This document shows positions 44,566 through 57,995 of a stretch of DNA of 64,000 bases, piece by piece. This DNA comes from Octopus sinensis (Eukaryota). The notes beneath the pieces were generated by a model. The model made no database searches and was not told the DNA's origin. It saw only the letters and a program-made list of their open reading frames with translations. Positions within the stretch are counted from its first letter, which is position 1. Every line of letters starts with the position of its first letter. The position numbers and the translations under genes were made by a program. The DNA is taken from assembly GCF_006345805.1 (NCBI RefSeq), contig NC_043010.1:19158001-19222000 (forward strand). The letters run 5' to 3'.

Positions 44566-44946
44566 CGCACATTGTGTTGTGTTCCAACCGCATGTTATGT
44601 TGATTCTTCACACCACGAGATTTACTTCACCCGCGAGTTTTGTTTTAATAAAAATTTATATTTATCAATTAGAATTTTGTTATAGATATTTTTCGCCAAT
44701 TTTACATATTTTTCATTTATAGCAAAAGTTGTTTGCGATGTTTATACAGTTTCTTGGCATCATGAAGGTGAATGGAATATGGGAACTTAGTACAGGTAAT
44801 TTGACATTCATTTTGAATCCTGCAAGAAAAACATATAAGATACAGGTATTCTTTTACTTGGGACAAATTTTTTGTTGACCATTGTTAATCTTATCGTAAG
44901 TCACAAATCCAAGCATGAAAACGTTACTCAAGTTGGAAGTTTTGGA

Positions 44947-45014
<68 letters not shown>

Positions 45015-46099
45015 AACACACACACACACACACACACAAACAAACACACACATACATACACACATATTAGTGATGTACACAAATACATGACAGGTATACG
45101 TGATACTGAAATACGCATAAAGTAAACATATGCAGACAAATATATTAATATTACAAATTAAAAAAATTTTAAATACACAATGAAGAGACAAAAGAAACAG
45201 TAAGATGATACATGTTGATTTTATTAGGTATTTCTATTAGAAACCTACAATGAAGATGTCATTTCATAGATGCTAAACTATAAATTTCACAGGGTACAAC
45301 CTTAAAGTCGACACCGCTCCGCTAAACGCAGAAAATTTGTCTCGCTATTGACTATAAATACACAGTTTTTTCGATTTTGAAACCTCTGTAACTTTTCCTT
45401 CCAATTTTTTTCTCCATAACATCATACCTTCATAGCAATTAGACTGGAAAACTTTATTATTATAGCCGATTTTCAGATTTGTAATTGTCTTTTTAAAAAT
45501 GCATGTTTTGCGAATGAGAAAAAAACTAGATCCTTTCTTTCGAATATTTTCAAAACACTCCCACCACTATGAAGTAATTCTTCCACTTTTGGAAGCTGAG
45601 AAATGCTGGCATCTTCTGGAGCAGAGGTTTCTTAATTTTTTTTTACGAATTTCGGCTGCAAAGGAGGATAACCCAATATGTTCCCTCATCAACTGAGCCA
45701 GGCTATGAAAATGCTCATCAACTGTTATATTGCTGTTGTTGTTGTTGTTGTTGTTGTTCTTCTTCTTCTTCTTCTTCTTCTTCTTCTTCTTCTTCTTCTT
45801 CTTCTTCTTCTTCTTCTTCTTCTTCCAATCAGGACTCACGCCATTACCCACAAAGAATAATCTCTAATTCGAGCCTACTCTAAGCTACTAAGAATGCGTG
45901 TGGCAACTTGAAGATCCACCCATCACACGCAATAGACTGGCGGTTGCACGGGCGCGAAAGCTACGTTGTTATCTTCATTCTGTAAACGATGGTTTTTTAA
46001 CGGGTGGAGAGCTGAAGCATCCTGGGTTACAGAGGATTCGCAATCTAGACTAGGGTCTGAAAGTTTACCACACCATAGTGGGTTACACCATGGTTCCTC

Positions 46100-46305
46100 T
46101 GCTTTGTGACAGAAGTAGGACGAAAGAGTGAGAGAAAGTTGTGGTGAAAGAGTACTGCGGGGTTCACCACCATCCCCGCCGGAGCCACGTGGAGCTTAGG
46201 TATTTTTGCTCAATGAACACTCACAATGCCCGATCTGGGAATCGAAACCGCGTTCTTACGACCGCGAGTCCGATGTCCTAACCACTGGGCCAATGCGCCT
46301 CCACT
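46100..46305 (-). mobile_element. tRNA-derived SINE, further family
   Basis: Minus head GGAGGCGCATTGGCCCAGTGGTTAGG...GGTTTCGATTCC (A and B boxes). Confidence 0.75.
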
Positions 46306-47989
46306 GTTGTTGTTGTTGCTATTGTTGATGATAGTGATGATGATGATGATTTTGAGGTAGATTTGGCTGCCGTTTGTAGCAGATCGTGCGACTACTTAAA
46401 GGTTTCTCTCCCGCTGATCCGCCATCGCTGTTCAATGTCTCAAAAAGAAGCAGTTTATGGATGTCTGCAGATAGTGCCGACATGAATTTGTAAAGACTAT
46501 GTGAATGAGGTTAAATATAACAGGTTGAAAGAAATAAAAGATGGAGAAAGCCAAAGGGAGAAAGAAGAAGGGAAGATGTTATTACAAGGAAGACGGAAGC
46601 GAAGATGAAAAGGATGTTGGGTGTTCAAAAAGGTAAAAAAAAAAGTTAGTGATAAGAAAGTAGAAGAAAAAGTGTGAAATTTTTGAAAGAAGAAACACGA
46701 AGAGAAAAAGTAAAATTAAGAATAATATAAAACACACAGAGACATAAACACACACATATGTAAGTAATATGAGTACATGTATAAATATGTTTCCCAATCT
46801 CTGTCTCTCTCTTTGTCTCTCCACCATCCCTTTCTCTTTCTGTCGCGCTCTTTCTGTCTTTATACACATACACACGTGCGCGCACACGCACGCACACACG
46901 CATATATATGACAAACAATTGAAGAATAAGAAAAGAAAAAATTGAGACAAAGAAATATAAAAAAAAAGCACGCAAGAATAATTCGAACAGAAATCTCTAA
47001 TGGAAAGAGAAAGCCAAAGAAATGAACAATTTAAATCATATAAGTGTCTCTTTTAGAAAAAAAAAATTTTAATAAAATTTTAAAAAAATGTTGAGTAAAG
47101 AAAACAAAATGGCGGGTTTCATAGCTACGAAAATAGCGACGGTCTCACAATATGGTGTGGGTTGGTTAATTCTTACGTTTCAAATGTTCTGTGAAATATA
47201 TCTTTTATTTCAATCAAATTCACACATCTTTCAGTCATTTTGATTTACAAATTTCTCTTTTTTTTTTCTTTTCATTTGTTTTCCTTCATTCTTCTTTAAT
47301 ATCTGCCTCTATTGTCTTGTTACTATATTTCTGCTTTTATATTGCCTTTTTCACGCGTTCTTTCACTATTTTGCCTGTCTATCTGTCTTGTTTATATGTT
47401 TGTCTGTCTTTCAGTCTGTCCGTCCTGTTAGTTTTTCTTTAATTTCTTTCTTGTCCACTTTCTGTCTTTCCTTCTTTCTTTCTATCCATTTTCTATCTAT
47501 CCGCCTAGTTTTCTTCGCTGTGTCTATGGTGTATATATGTGTATGTATGTTTGTCGATTTTACCAGGTCTGCAGAATATAGCTAATAAACCGGATGACAA
47601 ACCATATCTAACACAAAAGATATATTATAAATGATTGAAATAGATTCCAAACTTTTCAATATTAAATAAGACACGACCAATGAGAAAACGAAAACTATAA
47701 AAAGGAGAAAATATAAGGACAAAAGAACTAAAAGAAAGATAAAGACGCGGACAAATATATAGGTAGAAATATTTTTATATTTTGAGTGTAAGGAAAAGTA
47801 TACCTTTGTAAATAATACGTGTTTTAGGTATGTCTGTTATGTACAACTGAAAAGTGGACAAATCTATTTTAATCTCTGGATGGAGAGATTAAAGGGGATT
47901 AATGAGACATGGTTTTGTTCCGAGTATTTCCTCAGCAGCGATCATGCATCCACTTTTATCGCTTCACGGGGATATTTATAGCTCATAAG

Positions 47990-48640
47990 ACCATGTGACT
48001 TGGAACGACTAAATCAATCACATATGTTGACGAATTTAAACTATCTGGGCACGAAAATAACAATAGACGGAGATTGCATTCATGAAATAAATACAAGAAT
48101 CAGCAAAGCCAATCAATCATTCGTTATGTTAAACTCAATATGGAAATCACCAATACTCAGCAAGAGCACCAAAATACGATTTTACAAAAGCAACATACTT
48201 AGCATCCTCCTCTACGGATCTGAATTTTGGAAAACAACCAAAAGTATTGAAAAAAGAAATTGGTGGTGTTTCAAAAGAAATGTTTACGAAACATGTTGAA
48301 GGTCTAATGGCCGAATATGATCTCGAATAGCCAAGTGCGCACCAAGACTAACGTGAAACTAATAAAGAAAACTGTTGAAGCAAGGGGATGGAAATGGCTG
48401 GGTAGAGTTTGTTGCTATAAACCGGGCTTAATTGTTGGGATCGCATTGCACTGGGTTCCACAAGGCAAAAGAAGACGTGACCGACCAAAGGAAACATGGC
48501 GGAGAACAATAACAAAAGAGCTTAAAAGCAGAAGGTTAACAATGGAACAAGTTGTCAAGGATGGTCTCAGTGTTAGAAGGCGGAATGAACATGCTGTCGC
48601 CTCAAGTGCCACAAGGTTCAATGTGAACCGAATGAATGAA
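47990..48640 (+). pseudogene. RTE-clade LINE ORF C-terminal remnant
   Basis: YLGTKIT..EINTRISKANQSF..LLYGSEFW..WKWLGRV..QGKRRRDRPKETWRRTI, frameshifted. Confidence 0.9.
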
Positions 48641-48789
48641 CGAACTATTTACAGATATTAACTATCATGACTTTACTGAATCGATTATGTCTAATTTGCA
48701 TAAAGTGTTTTTTTTTTTCGTTAACTAAATAGTCAATTATTACTTGACACACAAACAAGTTGATAGACTGGAAATAGAGGAACATCTCA

Positions 48790-49389
48790 CGTAATGAATG
48801 AGTCAATACAAAAACGGTTCTCTTTCCAGCCGAGAAATCAACATGGGACACACTGTAAGGCATTCTCATTGAGTGGATGGGCAACACATCTATCCATCCT
48901 TTTACTTTTTCCAATTTTCTTCAAGTGTTGAGAAGCAGTTGCGAGAGATGTCTGGAGCTCTGATCTGATTTTTCGGACCATTGTTCTCAGATTTCATTTT
49001 ACCAAAGCATTCCATTCATCATACCGAATAACTGATGTTGGTCTCCCTCTTGGTACATTTTCGAGGCTTTAATTTCCCGAACAAAATATTTGGAGCAATC
49101 TCCGAACAGTTCTAATGTCAACAGAATCGTTACCAAAAGCCCGCTTGATGTTTCGTAGAGCTTCGGTGGGAGAGTGACCCAACTTGTATTCGTACAAGAA
49201 AATCACTCGGTATTGTTCAGTTGTCACCATTGTCATAAGAGCTGTGTGTAGCAATTTCGAATAATAGTATTGTCTAGAAAGAAAAAAGAGTAAACACAAG
49301 CATAGACCTAGAAACTCATTAAAAATCCCATTTATAGATGACACATAAGAAACCTATTTAAAATACATTTCATGTGAGACAACCTAATA
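48790..49389 (-). mobile_element. Mariner remnant with left ITR
   Basis: TA-TTAGGTTGTCTCACATGAAATG ITR (minus, ~49365-49389); YRVIFLYEYKLGHSPTEALRNIKRAFG...RGRPTS...QHLKKIGK. Confidence 0.85.
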
Positions 49390-49949
49390 TTTTGTCGTTC
49401 ATTTATCATAATACGTAAACATTCTTGCAAATATCTTTCAGATAAATAGTTTTTATTTTTATAGCAAAACATATTTAGAAAAATTATCAAATTTCAGGTT
49501 TTGATTAGAAGCGGAAGTATGGAGGCGAGCTGACAGAATCGTTTGTACGCCGGATGAAATGCTTAGCGGCTTTTTGTCCGTCTTTACGTTCTGAGTTCAA
49601 ATTCCATCGAGATCATCTTTGCCTGTCATCCTTTCGAGGTCAATGTAAAAAGTAGCCTTTGAACTCTGAGCTCGATGTAATCAACTAAACTCCTCCCTAA
49701 AAATTGTTGGCCTTGTACCAAACTTTGAAACAATTAGAAGTGGAGGCGAGGGTCGTTTGTAGTGATGAAGTAAAATTTACCAGGAGTTGAACTAGTTCTG
49801 AGAAGAAGAGGCCCCTATTTTTAGTTGTAACCAAACAAACCTTGTAGTCGTTGTAGTTGTTTAATATTGCTTAGTGTTATATAATCAACGAGGGTTCTCG
49901 ATTTTTCTGGGCCAGGATGCTGGAGTTTATTTTCCACTTTTGTATTCCA

Positions 49950-50340
49950 TGTAACACATTGATGAGTTAACGACGACATTTGTCATTGTTCAATGTGATG
50001 CTGGGTGCCATTCTTCGTGCCTGAAATAAACGAAGCCTCGCCTCCATCTTACTCCGCAATATTTTTGTCAAGATGGCGTGAACTCCTTCAATAATGGCAC
50101 CGGTAACTATACTATCCTCAATCTTTGAAAAGAACTTACGGCATTAGTTACATCAAAGGATTATCTTGCAAGCTAGCGTAAGCATTGATCACATTGAAAT
50201 GCAAAGTATCTCTTATCGTTATTATGGAGTGGAATCTGAAGGCCTGCTGCTTTCTTCTCCAGTTTATTGTAGAATTCATTTCCGACGGAAATAGAACACA
50301 CGTGATCTTCAATATTATGAAATAGGTTGCCATTTAGAAA
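49950..50340 (-). pseudogene. Ty3/Gypsy reverse transcriptase remnant
   Basis: QIPLHNNDKRYFAF...SFDVTNAVSSFQR...ITLNNDKC, with stops and frameshifts. Confidence 0.75.
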
Positions 50341-50520
50341 TTAGCAGCAGCAGCAGTATATCAATCCTTTGTGAGTTTAACCACTGTTACTCATTTTGCC
50401 TCGTTTGCTCAATGATACCACCGTCAAGACGCTGTTTAGTTTTATTTTTTGTAAACTTTTCATAAAGTGGAGAAATGCAGCGAGATTTATTAAAAATTCA
50501 CTCCAAATTACTGTAAAGGT

Positions 50521-51564
50521 GATGGGAAATACGAGGAGAGTTCCCCAACAGAGGATGGGAAATCCGAGAAGGGTTCCGCAACAGAGGATGGGAAATCCGA
50601 GGAGGGTTCACCAACAGAGGATGGGAAATCCGAGGAGGGTTCACCAACAGAGGATGGGAAATACGAGAAGGACTCCGCAACAGAGGATGGGAAATACGAG
50701 GAGGGTTCACCAACAGAGGATGGGAAATACGAGGAGGGTTCACCAACAGAGGATGGGAAATACGAGGAGGGTTCCCCAACAGAGGATGGGAAATCCGAGG
50801 AGGGTTCCCCAACTGAGGATGGAAAATCCGAGGAGGGTTCACCAACAGAGGATGGGAAATACGAGGAGGGTTCACCAACAGAGGATGGGAAATACGAGGA
50901 GGGTTCACCAACAGAGGGGGAAATCCGAGGAGGGTTTCCCACAGAGGATGGGAAATCCGAGGAGGGTTCCCAACAAGGATGGGAAATACGAGGAGGGTTC
51001 ACCAATGGATGGGAAATCCGAGGAGGGTTCCCCAACAGAGGATGGGAAATACGAGAGGGTTCCCCAACAGAGGATGGGAAATACGAGGAGGGTTCCCCAA
51101 CTGAGGATGGAAATCCGAGAGGGGTTCACCAACAGAGGATGGGAAATACGAGAAGGGTTCCCCAACTGAGGATGGGAAATACGAGGAGGTTTCACAACAG
51201 AGGATGGGAAATACAGGAGGGTTCACCAACAGGAGGGAAATACGAGAGTTCACCAACAGAGGATGGGAAATACGAGGATGGTTCCCAACAGAATATAGGA
51301 AATACGAGGAGGGTTCCCAAACTGAGGATGGGAAATACGAGGAGGGTTCATCAACAGAGGATGGGAAATCCGAGGAGAGTTCACCAACAGAGGATGGGAA
51401 ATACGAGGAGGGTTCACCAACAGAGGATGGGAAATACGAGGAGGGTTCCCCAACAGAGGATGGGAAATACGAGGAGGGTTCACCAACAGAGGATGGGAAA
51501 TACGAGGAGGGTTCACCAACAGAGGATGGGAAATACGAGGAGGGTTCCCCAACAGAGGATGGGG
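50521..51564 (+). repeat. 33-bp minisatellite, ~32 units (possibly a coding exon)
   Basis: Unit GATGGGAAATACGAGGAGGGTTCACCAACAGAG = DGKYEEGSPTE; middle third has 1-3 nt deletions. Confidence 0.95.
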
Positions 51565-52608
51565 AACTGATAACGCGTGAATGTAAGGCGTCGAGCTGGC
51601 AGAATCGTTAGCGCGTCAGGCAAAACGCATGGCAGCATTTCATCTGTCTTTAATTTCTTCCGTCTTTACGCTCTGAGTTAAAATTCCGCCCAGGTTGACT
51701 CATCCATTCATCATTTTGGGATCAATGAAATAATTAGCAGTCAAGTCCTGGGGTCGGTGTAATAAACTTACCCACTTCCTCGAAATTGCTGGTCTCGCGC
51801 CGAAACTTGAAACCAAAGTATGAATACGTGTTGACATACGTACATACACACATACACAGAACTGTACAAAAACACACAGAAGCCTACTCCCATGTATACA
51901 TATATCTGACCAACTATCATTTCATACCCGATTTAATTATGCTGAGTTTTATATATTTTTTTAACGTATTCCTTTTAGTAAAACTCTCCATGTTATGTTC
52001 GGTGTGAAACAGACCCTCGTTGAAAATGTTGACAATTTGTGTGGCCATAGTTCTTTTGGCGCTGTGGACATACATATTTATTGCTACAGTTACACACACA
52101 CTCATTTATACATTTCTGTATTTTATGCATATGTGTACGAACATGTCTTAATTTTTACTTTGGAATGAAATACCGGGGTACGTAACCTATTGATTCACGT
52201 GGAAGTTACAAATGTGGCAGTGGTGTTGGTGGTGTTTATAGTAATGATAGTGTTCATGGTGGTGACGGTGGAGGGGTTAGTGCTAGTTGCCTTTCCTGGA
52301 GAAGGTAGTGGTGGTGGTGATGGTATTGTTGACGAAGAAGAGAAGCAGAGGTTCTTGGTGTTAGACAAAGACGAGCCTGCAATATTATTTATAACATCTT
52401 CTTTATAACATCACCACCATCACCACTACCTCTACCACAATCACCACTCCACTATCGCTCCCGCCAACACCGCATAACATCAATTAACAATCTATTAAAT
52501 CATATCACACACTTTAAGCACGTTTCTCTCTTCTCTTGACACATTTCTTACACTAACACCTAACACCATTCTACAACAATACACACACACGTATATATAT
52601 CTTATATA

Positions 52609-52672
<64 letters not shown>

Positions 52673-53087
52673 TAAGTACACATATATTTGTATGTATATG
52701 TATATATATACATACACACACACATATATATTTATGCATGTATATAGGTACACACACACATATATATTTATGCATGTATATAGGTACACACACACATATA
52801 TACTTGTAGGTTTGGTGATGCAAACACTTTGATAAGTGCTAACGACGAAGTTCTCGGCCCTTGAGTCACTCTGTTATTTCTGCTAAATATTAATATGTAT
52901 GTGTGTGTGGGTATTTATGTACGTATATAGGTATATACATATATACATACGCATATATATATATATATATACATATATATATGCATACATATATATAATT
53001 GTGTATATATATACGTAATATGTTTACATACATGCATATATATATATATATACATACATACATACATATATATATATATAATATATA

Positions 53088-53147
<60 letters not shown>

Positions 53148-54066
53148 AATTCATACATATCGTCAGCAACACTTCTCTTTCTCGTCTTTCGTATCATCGC
53201 GATCAACACTTGAACATCATTACCACCATCATAATGCCGCTGCTGCTGCTGCTATAAATAATGATGACGAGGACGACGACGACGATGATGATTAAGACAA
53301 AAGAAAGAAGGAAAGAAGGAAGTGAACCGTAATTACGCAGCGCAGTATGTGGAAGGAGTAGTTGGACGTTGGTATGTGCGTGTCATGCGAAGATATGTCG
53401 GGAAGGTGTGAATGAAATAAGTAGCAATATGGCTAAATATAAAGAAATATTAAAAGCTGTGGGTGGTGGTGGTAACGGCGGCGGCGAGGGGCGGGGGTTT
53501 GTCTTTGGCACAATGAACTGCGAGGTGTTTTAGTTCTTTAAAATCTAACATCTTTATCTTGAATGCTTTCAATCATATCTCTACTTCCCACTCTCCCATT
53601 TAACCCCCACCACCACCGTTACCTATTGTTCACGTTCTAACCCCTCACCTCCCACCACTTGCCACTAATTTTCCTATTCTGATTATGTTCAACATTGAAC
53701 ACGAAATATGATAGAAACCTGACCAATTCCTGACCAAGATGTCCTCCTCTTCCCCCTTAGTCACTCTTACTTATCAACGATCATGAGAATTAATACAACA
53801 ATAGATCTTGTGATTGGTCTGTTAATGATACGATGTTTATCTCATGGAGACTCAGGGCAGAAAGAGTTCTGTGTCACTTACAGCTTTCTCATTCAACAAC
53901 TGTTTCTGCTGTTTCTCCGATTCTACGGAGCTTATGCTCCCCTCTCACTGCATTCCACAGCATCGCGGTTTAGCCATTCGATCTACAAGGAACAACAGTT
54001 AAATCATTTTCAATGGCATCCTACTGTCATAAACAGGGAAGAATGTTTAAGGTATATATATATATA

Positions 54067-54235
54067 TATATGTAAATGTAATATGTGACAATTATTCGGT
54101 AGCCATGGTAAAACTCCGAGTTTTACCATGGCCAGATAACTGGAGAGATGGCTGCGTGGATTTCCACCTCGGCATCCGAAACTCGGTGTTTTACCATGGC
54201 CACCGAATAATTATCACATATTACATTTACAGATA
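54067..54235. mobile_element. MITE with ~55-bp TIRs
   Basis: TGTAAATGTAATATGTGACAATTATTCGGT...ACCGAATAATTATCACATATTACATTTACA. Confidence 0.85.
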
Positions 54236-54616
54236 AATTCCTCTATTTACATAATATCGAGGTCTATTTCTTTTTTTTGTCTTACCGTTTTTATCAATAT
54301 ATATATATACTGTTGGATTCTACTCATAAAGTATTGGAATGTTATATATATATATATATATATATATATCATTCTGCTATAAAAAAATGGATCTACAAAT
54401 GCAATATCCCTACACATCTCACATCTATTTTCATTCCTCTACCCCACTCTCTATTTTGTATCTTATCTAAATTAACTATTATTTAACCACCCTCCTCTCA
54501 CACCGTCTCCAATGAAGGGATATAATAAATATCCTGGAAACAGCTGTAAGACCTTCTGTCTATAAATGTTCTAAAATCTACACACTCTTGGTTTTTTTTT
54601 TATCTCATTACGAAAA

Positions 54617-54672
<56 letters not shown>

Positions 54673-55053
54673 CTCCAAGAAAGTTAGGGGTTGTGGATCC
54701 AACCCATTAAGGGATAATATCTATCCAATATACTGTTGGTATAATACCCAATTATTAATACATAAGTATTTTTAGTGCATTGCAATTAACTTACCTAGTG
54801 TATTAAATGGGTGAAGGTAAAGAGATATTTTGCCATTAATTTATATTGCAAATAAGAAAACGGAGGAGCACAATAGTTGGTTCATCAACCTTAAGACATT
54901 AATAACTGTATGGTATATTGATATACTGATATTGATTGTAAAATTAATATACTTATATCTTTCATAAACATCTGTTTATATATTATATTATATTCTATAT
55001 TCTATATTTCATATACTATGTATTGTTAAAAAGCATAATACACATAATCTAAT

Positions 55054-55140
<87 letters not shown>

Positions 55141-55283
55141 TGAATATTGTATATGTACCTGTGGATGTGGATGTGTACGTATATTTCAGCATATATAATT
55201 AATTATGTATAACCATATATGTATGTATATCTATACATATATATCTATATATATCTATATCTATATCTATATCTATATCTATA

Positions 55284-55366
<83 letters not shown>

Positions 55367-55449
55367 ATATATATTCAAATGTGTGTATTTTGTTTTATAT
55401 TATATTTTATGATTGTACTTTATAGTCTCTGACGAGGCCTATATATATA

Positions 55450-55500
<51 letters not shown>

Positions 55501-55779
55501 AGTAGCTCATTTTCAACTGCCTATTACCTCAATTCACTTGTCTAATATAGGCAGAATGAGATGCTTTTATCTATTGGCTGAAACAGCTGTAAGTTATTTT
55601 AATAATTTATATTCATGTATTTTAATAATTACTTGTATCCTTATTTTATATGCATAGAATAAAATGCTATATGCATGTATGTTATTATAATTATCAGTTA
55701 ATAAATAAATAAGTTAATATTTTTAATGTACTAAAGTTGATGAACCAACTATTCTGCTCCATTTTCTTATTAGCAATCT

Positions 55780-55826
<47 letters not shown>

Positions 55827-55833
55827 CTATTAA

Positions 55834-56021
55834 TTTGCCGACATAACGTGGCAGTCCTGACTAGGACTCTGCCACTACTTTTTAACTCCAGCTGGTATAT
55901 CGACAAGGTTTATGTCTAAGATACAAATCATGTGTCAATAAACCAACTGGAAAAAATGTTTTCCTGGGTTTAAAAAGTAGTGACATATTCCTAGTCAGGA
56001 CTGCCACGTTATGTTGGCAAA
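55834..56021. mobile_element. MITE with candidate TAA TSD (PIF/Harbinger-like)
   Basis: TAA|TTTGCCGACATAACGTGGCAGTCCTGACTAGGA...TCCTAGTCAGGACTGCCACGTTATGTTGGCAAA|TAA. Confidence 0.8.
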
Positions 56022-56092
56022 TAAACTTTACTGTTCAGTACAGTTATTATATAGATCTCTATCAGAGATTTAAAACTAGTTGTCTCTCGCTC

Positions 56093-56157
<65 letters not shown>

Positions 56158-56747
56158 ATGTATACTAGCAGAGATACTCTGCCTTGCTCGGGATTAAAAT
56201 GGCATAGATTTTTATTGTTTTACTTGTTTCATTCATGTGACTGCGGCCATGCTGGAGCACCGCCGTTGGTCGAAGAAATCAACCACAGGATTTATTCTTT
56301 GTAAGCCTAGTACTCATTTTGTCAGTGTCTTTTACCAAACCGCTTAGTTACAGGAATGTAAATACAGCAACATCAGTTGTCAAGCAATGGTGGGGGTACA
56401 AACACAAAACACACGCATACACATACACAAATATATACGTATATACGACAGTCTTCTTTCAGTTTCCGAGCACGAAATCCACTGACAGGGTTTTGGTTGG
56501 CCTGAGGCTATAATAAGCGTATATATGTATATAGGGAAAGTTTATGAAAAAAAACAGAAGATGAAGACAGATGGCGCACAAAACAAACAGATGTATTAGT
56601 ATAGCGCTCAGGAATAGAAAAAGTCTTTTACGTTTCGAGCCTACGCTCTTCTACAGAAAGGTACACAGAAAAACAAGGAGAAAACAGAGAAAAAAAGGAG
56701 AGAAAAAAAGAGAGAAAAAAGAAAAAAATATGTATTAATATAATATA

Positions 56748-56789
<42 letters not shown>

Positions 56790-56792
<3 letters not shown>

Positions 56793-57580
56793 GCTGGCAT
56801 ATACCTGGTAATTCCGGGGAAATCGGGCTTATCCCTCGGTTCCGTTCTCTTAATTGTTTCGCTAATCCAGTAATATCAATACAATGTATATTGCCATTGA
56901 AACGGTTTTTTGTGCATTTATTGAGAATACCGAACTGTCTTACAAAGGATCTTATTTTTAGGAATATCCCAGTAAGTTATGAACACCCAAATTCTGAAGT
57001 CAGTTATGTAATAACACATGAAATTAATTACCCGATAGTAAGAATTCAAATAAAGTATCCCCGAAAAGAGCTTTAATATGTATGTAGAACATAGGGGGAA
57101 ATACTATAAGGTATGTATACTAAAATCGTGAAACATGTTACGTAATAACAGGCTAATCAGATATGAGATAATAATAATTCAAAGTAATTAAGTGTGAAAA
57201 AATGCTTTTGTACGTTCCCAGAGAATATTACCCTCAGCAGCGCGAATAAGTCACTAACCGAAATAAGTGGATCTATTGTTTAGGAGAATACTATTTACTT
57301 GTTTAAGCGTTGTATTGGATAAATTGAAATATTAAGAAATAAGCATACTGAAAAGGAATGGGTTATTTTCCCTTGGTGGTTATTTCCAGGAGGGAAAGGT
57401 TTTTTCGAAATCAATTTATACTCAAAACCTCAGACACATAAACAATGTAACTGTGAAGTTTAAGAAAAATCGGTCGAGCCGTTTTGGCGCAAAACGAGAA
57501 CATACCGATACGCACACGCATACATACACACACATACATACACACACGCACACTGATATTTTCAGTTTTAATATGTATGA
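56790..57580 (-). mobile_element. Non-autonomous Helitron
   Basis: Minus A|TCATACATATTAAAACTG start, AAACGGCTCGACCGATT motif, degenerate CCCGG..CCAGG hairpin and CTAC end. Confidence 0.7.
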
Positions 57581-57834
57581 TATATATATGTATGCGCAAC
57601 GTGGCTGTGTGATAAGAAGCTTGCTTCCCAATCACATGGTTCCGGGTTCAGTCCCACTATGTGGCACCTTGCGTAAGTGTATTCTACTAAAGTTTCAAGC
57701 CGACCAAAATCTTGTGAGTGGATTTGGTGGACGGAAACTGAAAGAAGCCCGCTGTATATATGTATATAAGTATATATATATTTTTGTGTGTCTAGCACAT
57801 AAAAGACTGAGATTCAGTAAATATTATCGATACA

Positions 57835-57945
57835 CAAATATGAGAGAGAATCCACTATGTGGACGCTCTTACGCTAAAGATAGATCCGCAAGCGGATCTA
57901 TCTTTAGTGTAAGAGCGTCCACATACTGGATCTCTTCTCATATTT

Positions 57946-57946
<1 letters not shown>
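57835..57946. repeat. 112-bp palindrome with an extra third arm at 58013-58065
   Basis: ~55-bp stem around CCGC-AA-GCGG. Confidence 0.9.

Positions 57947-57995
<49 letters not shown>

Noticed and set aside
45490-45720. Possible Tc1-like remnant on the minus strand
   Set aside because: Similarity too weak to assign by eye.
42562-53983. Selenoprotein idea: minus-strand exon-like segments whose best frames contain only TGA stops (CF*RK at 43201-43272, LK*CF at 42562-42607, CGMQ*EG at 53883-53983)
   Set aside because: No known Sec motif, phases do not link them cleanly, and no SECIS was identified.
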